Virus record (IMG/VR): IMGVR_UViG_3300021440_000036
Location: 1 to 47,244 of that record
Length of the DNA: 47,244 bases
Strand: one strand, 5' to 3'
DNA from: a virus
Lineage: Duplodnaviria > Caudoviricetes
Below, in pieces: positions 45,705 to 47,244 of this stretch; position 1 is the first letter of the stretch, and every line of letters begins with the position of its first letter. The position numbers and the translations under genes were made by a program. The notes below the pieces were generated by a model. It did not search any database and was not told where the DNA came from. It saw nothing but the letters and a program-made list of their open reading frames with translations.

Positions 45705-47237
45705 TTAGATCACCAGGAATGTTGCGAGGACAATTCCACCGTAGTTCTTCGATTCTCTTTCCGGTGGCTTTACCCGGGAGAATGAAAGAGACTTCACGGT
45801 GGCGGTGAACTCTTCACCGCTCGTCCAGTCGTGGACAGATACCATTGCCCTTGTCTGCTCCAGCTCCTCCAGCGCCTCAAGGCGAGCCCAGGCACTGCCG
45901 TCGTATCCGACGGCGATTCCCCGGCGGTCGCGCTCATGGTCATAGCACATGAGCGGGATCTGGACCAGGCGCTGCACACGCGTTCTCGGCAGCGCCTTCA
46001 GGGATGTCGCATCGAGAATTGGAGTACTCTTATGAGTAGAAGAGTCCGACAGGAGTCGGAACCCGAGGGACAGATACTGGAGCGAGTAGTCAGCAGAACG
46101 GATGGAGATGTCAACATTATCGTCGATCCCAGGACCGAGGCTGAAGTTGTATACCGGATCTGAATCCGGGAACACTGTATACAGCTCGATCGAAGTGCCG
46201 GTCGGTGTCGTTCCACGCATTCTCGCAAGTGCGAACTCTTTCGGTTCGCTCGTCGCGAACCGCACCCTGCCGGACTGGATGTATCCCTCGGTGACATACA
46301 CAGTGTCCGACTGGATGAAGATCCCCGTATGGTTCTGACCGATCACCACGCGATCGGTCGACCCGAGGAAGGACAGAGCCTCGATGTCGTATGCGGCGGT
46401 TCCGACGTTGGCGTCATACGCCCAGGCGAATCTGCCATTGTCGACCTCCATCGAGAGGTCGATGCGGGCGCATCCGCTGGAGCCGTCGATGTCGGCTCTG
46501 ATCCCCGCATAGATGAATCGGTCCCTGGCGGCGATGGCCTTGACAGGGTAAGTCGTTTCGATCGTCAGAGGCCCGAGAGTGACGGTTCCGCCGTCACCGA
46601 GAATGCCGATGCGAACACCCTTGCTCGTGCCTACGCCGACGTAGGCACCGATGTAGGCCCGGAGGGAATAGATCTCCTCGCCAGGTGGCATCTCCGCCAC
46701 CTGGATCATTCCGCCCAGGGTCGGCGTCGACCCTGCCGTTCCCGCGTCGATCAGCGCCATCGAGAATACCGAAGACAGCCCATTGTCGCGGCCCGCGACG
46801 AGGATGCAGTCCGGAGCTTCTGCGGCACATTCCCACGTCCATGTGCTGGATGGATGGGAATACGTTGCGGTTCCCATGGAACCGCCCGCCAGGGTCAGTT
46901 CCCACAAGGAGTTACTGCGGGATGCGATGATGCGTCCCTTGGCCCACCAGAGCCTGATCGTAACGCCTGTGGTGATCGTCCACAGGGATGCAAGTGTCGT
47001 GCCCGTAAGGGCACCGACGCTGATTCCATCGGTCGTTCCAACCAGCACATTCTGTCCGGCGATGACGACGGACCCCGTCGGAGCCGCACCGGACGAGACG
47101 GTGTAAGCCGTCTCGGTCGTTCCGTCGTGCTTATACAGCACACCGTCAATGGTGTAGAAGACGTTGCTCACGCCACTGATCAGAGCACTGGCGGCATACA
47201 TGCGATTGGAACCAGTCGCGGCCCTGCCCGCGACCAT
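45705..47237 (-). CDS. 3' part of tail tubular/nozzle-like beta-propeller protein (starts at 390)
   Basis: In frame across the terminal repeat; beta-rich; GY.QSG.VRF.T.EPK. Confidence 0.8.
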   Translation of the reverse strand: MVAGRAATGSNRMYAASALISGVSNVFYTIDGVLYKHDGTTETAYTVSSGAAPTGSVVIAGQNVLVGTTDGISVGALTGTTLASLWTITTGVTIRLWWAKGRIIASRSNSLWELTLAGGSMGTATYSHPSSTWTWECAAEAPDCILVAGRDNGLSSVFSMALIDAGTAGSTPTLGGMIQVAEMPPGEEIYSLRAYIGAYVGVGTSKGVRIGILGDGGTVTLGPLTIETTYPVKAIAARDRFIYAGIRADIDGSSGCARIDLSMEVDNGRFAWAYDANVGTAAYDIEALSFLGSTDRVVIGQNHTGIFIQSDTVYVTEGYIQSGRVRFATSEPKEFALARMRGTTPTGTSIELYTVFPDSDPVYNFSLGPGIDDNVDISIRSADYSLQYLSLGFRLLSDSSTHKSTPILDATSLKALPRTRVQRLVQIPLMCYDHERDRRGIAVGYDGSAWARLEALEELEQTRAMVSVHDWTSGEEFTATVKSLSFSRVKPPERESKNYGGIVLATFLVI

Positions 47238-47244
47238 GGACTTC

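Larger units (their letters stand above)
1..47244. mobile_element. Complete circularly permuted temperate phage genome (podovirus-like, probable actinobacterial host)
   Basis: GACCATGGACTTC occurs at 1-13 and 47232-47244; packaging, head, short-tail, lysis, replication and lysogeny modules are all present; no host genes; no tape measure or sheath gene recognised. Confidence 0.93.

Overview
The window is an essentially complete, circularly permuted genome (about 47.2 kb, GC-rich) of a temperate, podovirus-like phage, most likely infecting an actinomycete. The gene set resembles Streptomyces cluster BF/Beephvirinae-type and related uncultured actinophages; this placement is from recall, not a search. 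The first 13 nt equal the last 13 nt, and a tail gene reads in frame across the junction. Layout: (1) a minus-strand late operon, 21269 -> 1/47244 -> 45285, with terminase, portal, internal/ejection proteins, NlpC/P60, GDPD, two tRNAs, scaffold, capsid, tail proteins, amidase and a PG-binding protein; (2) a palindrome-dense non-coding control/terminus region at about 22.36-24.0 kb; (3) a plus-strand early region of small genes including ArdA, a lipoprotein and a Fic protein, whose spacers carry stem-loops anchored on the upstream stop codon; (4) a minus-strand replication module with Cas4-like nuclease, DnaB-like helicase, RNA ligase, resolvase, split primase, DEDD exonuclease and sigma-like factor, but no DNA polymerase; (5) a lysogeny module with repressor, tyrosine recombinase next to an 11-8-11 core site, and an XRE HTH protein. 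The most unusual signals are the covarying intergenic RNA elements, an initiator-type tRNA with a rewritten anticodon stem, two structured leaders, a CCCTTAA-apex hairpin array and a hidden ORF without a canonical start. All protein calls come from recognising motifs by eye.
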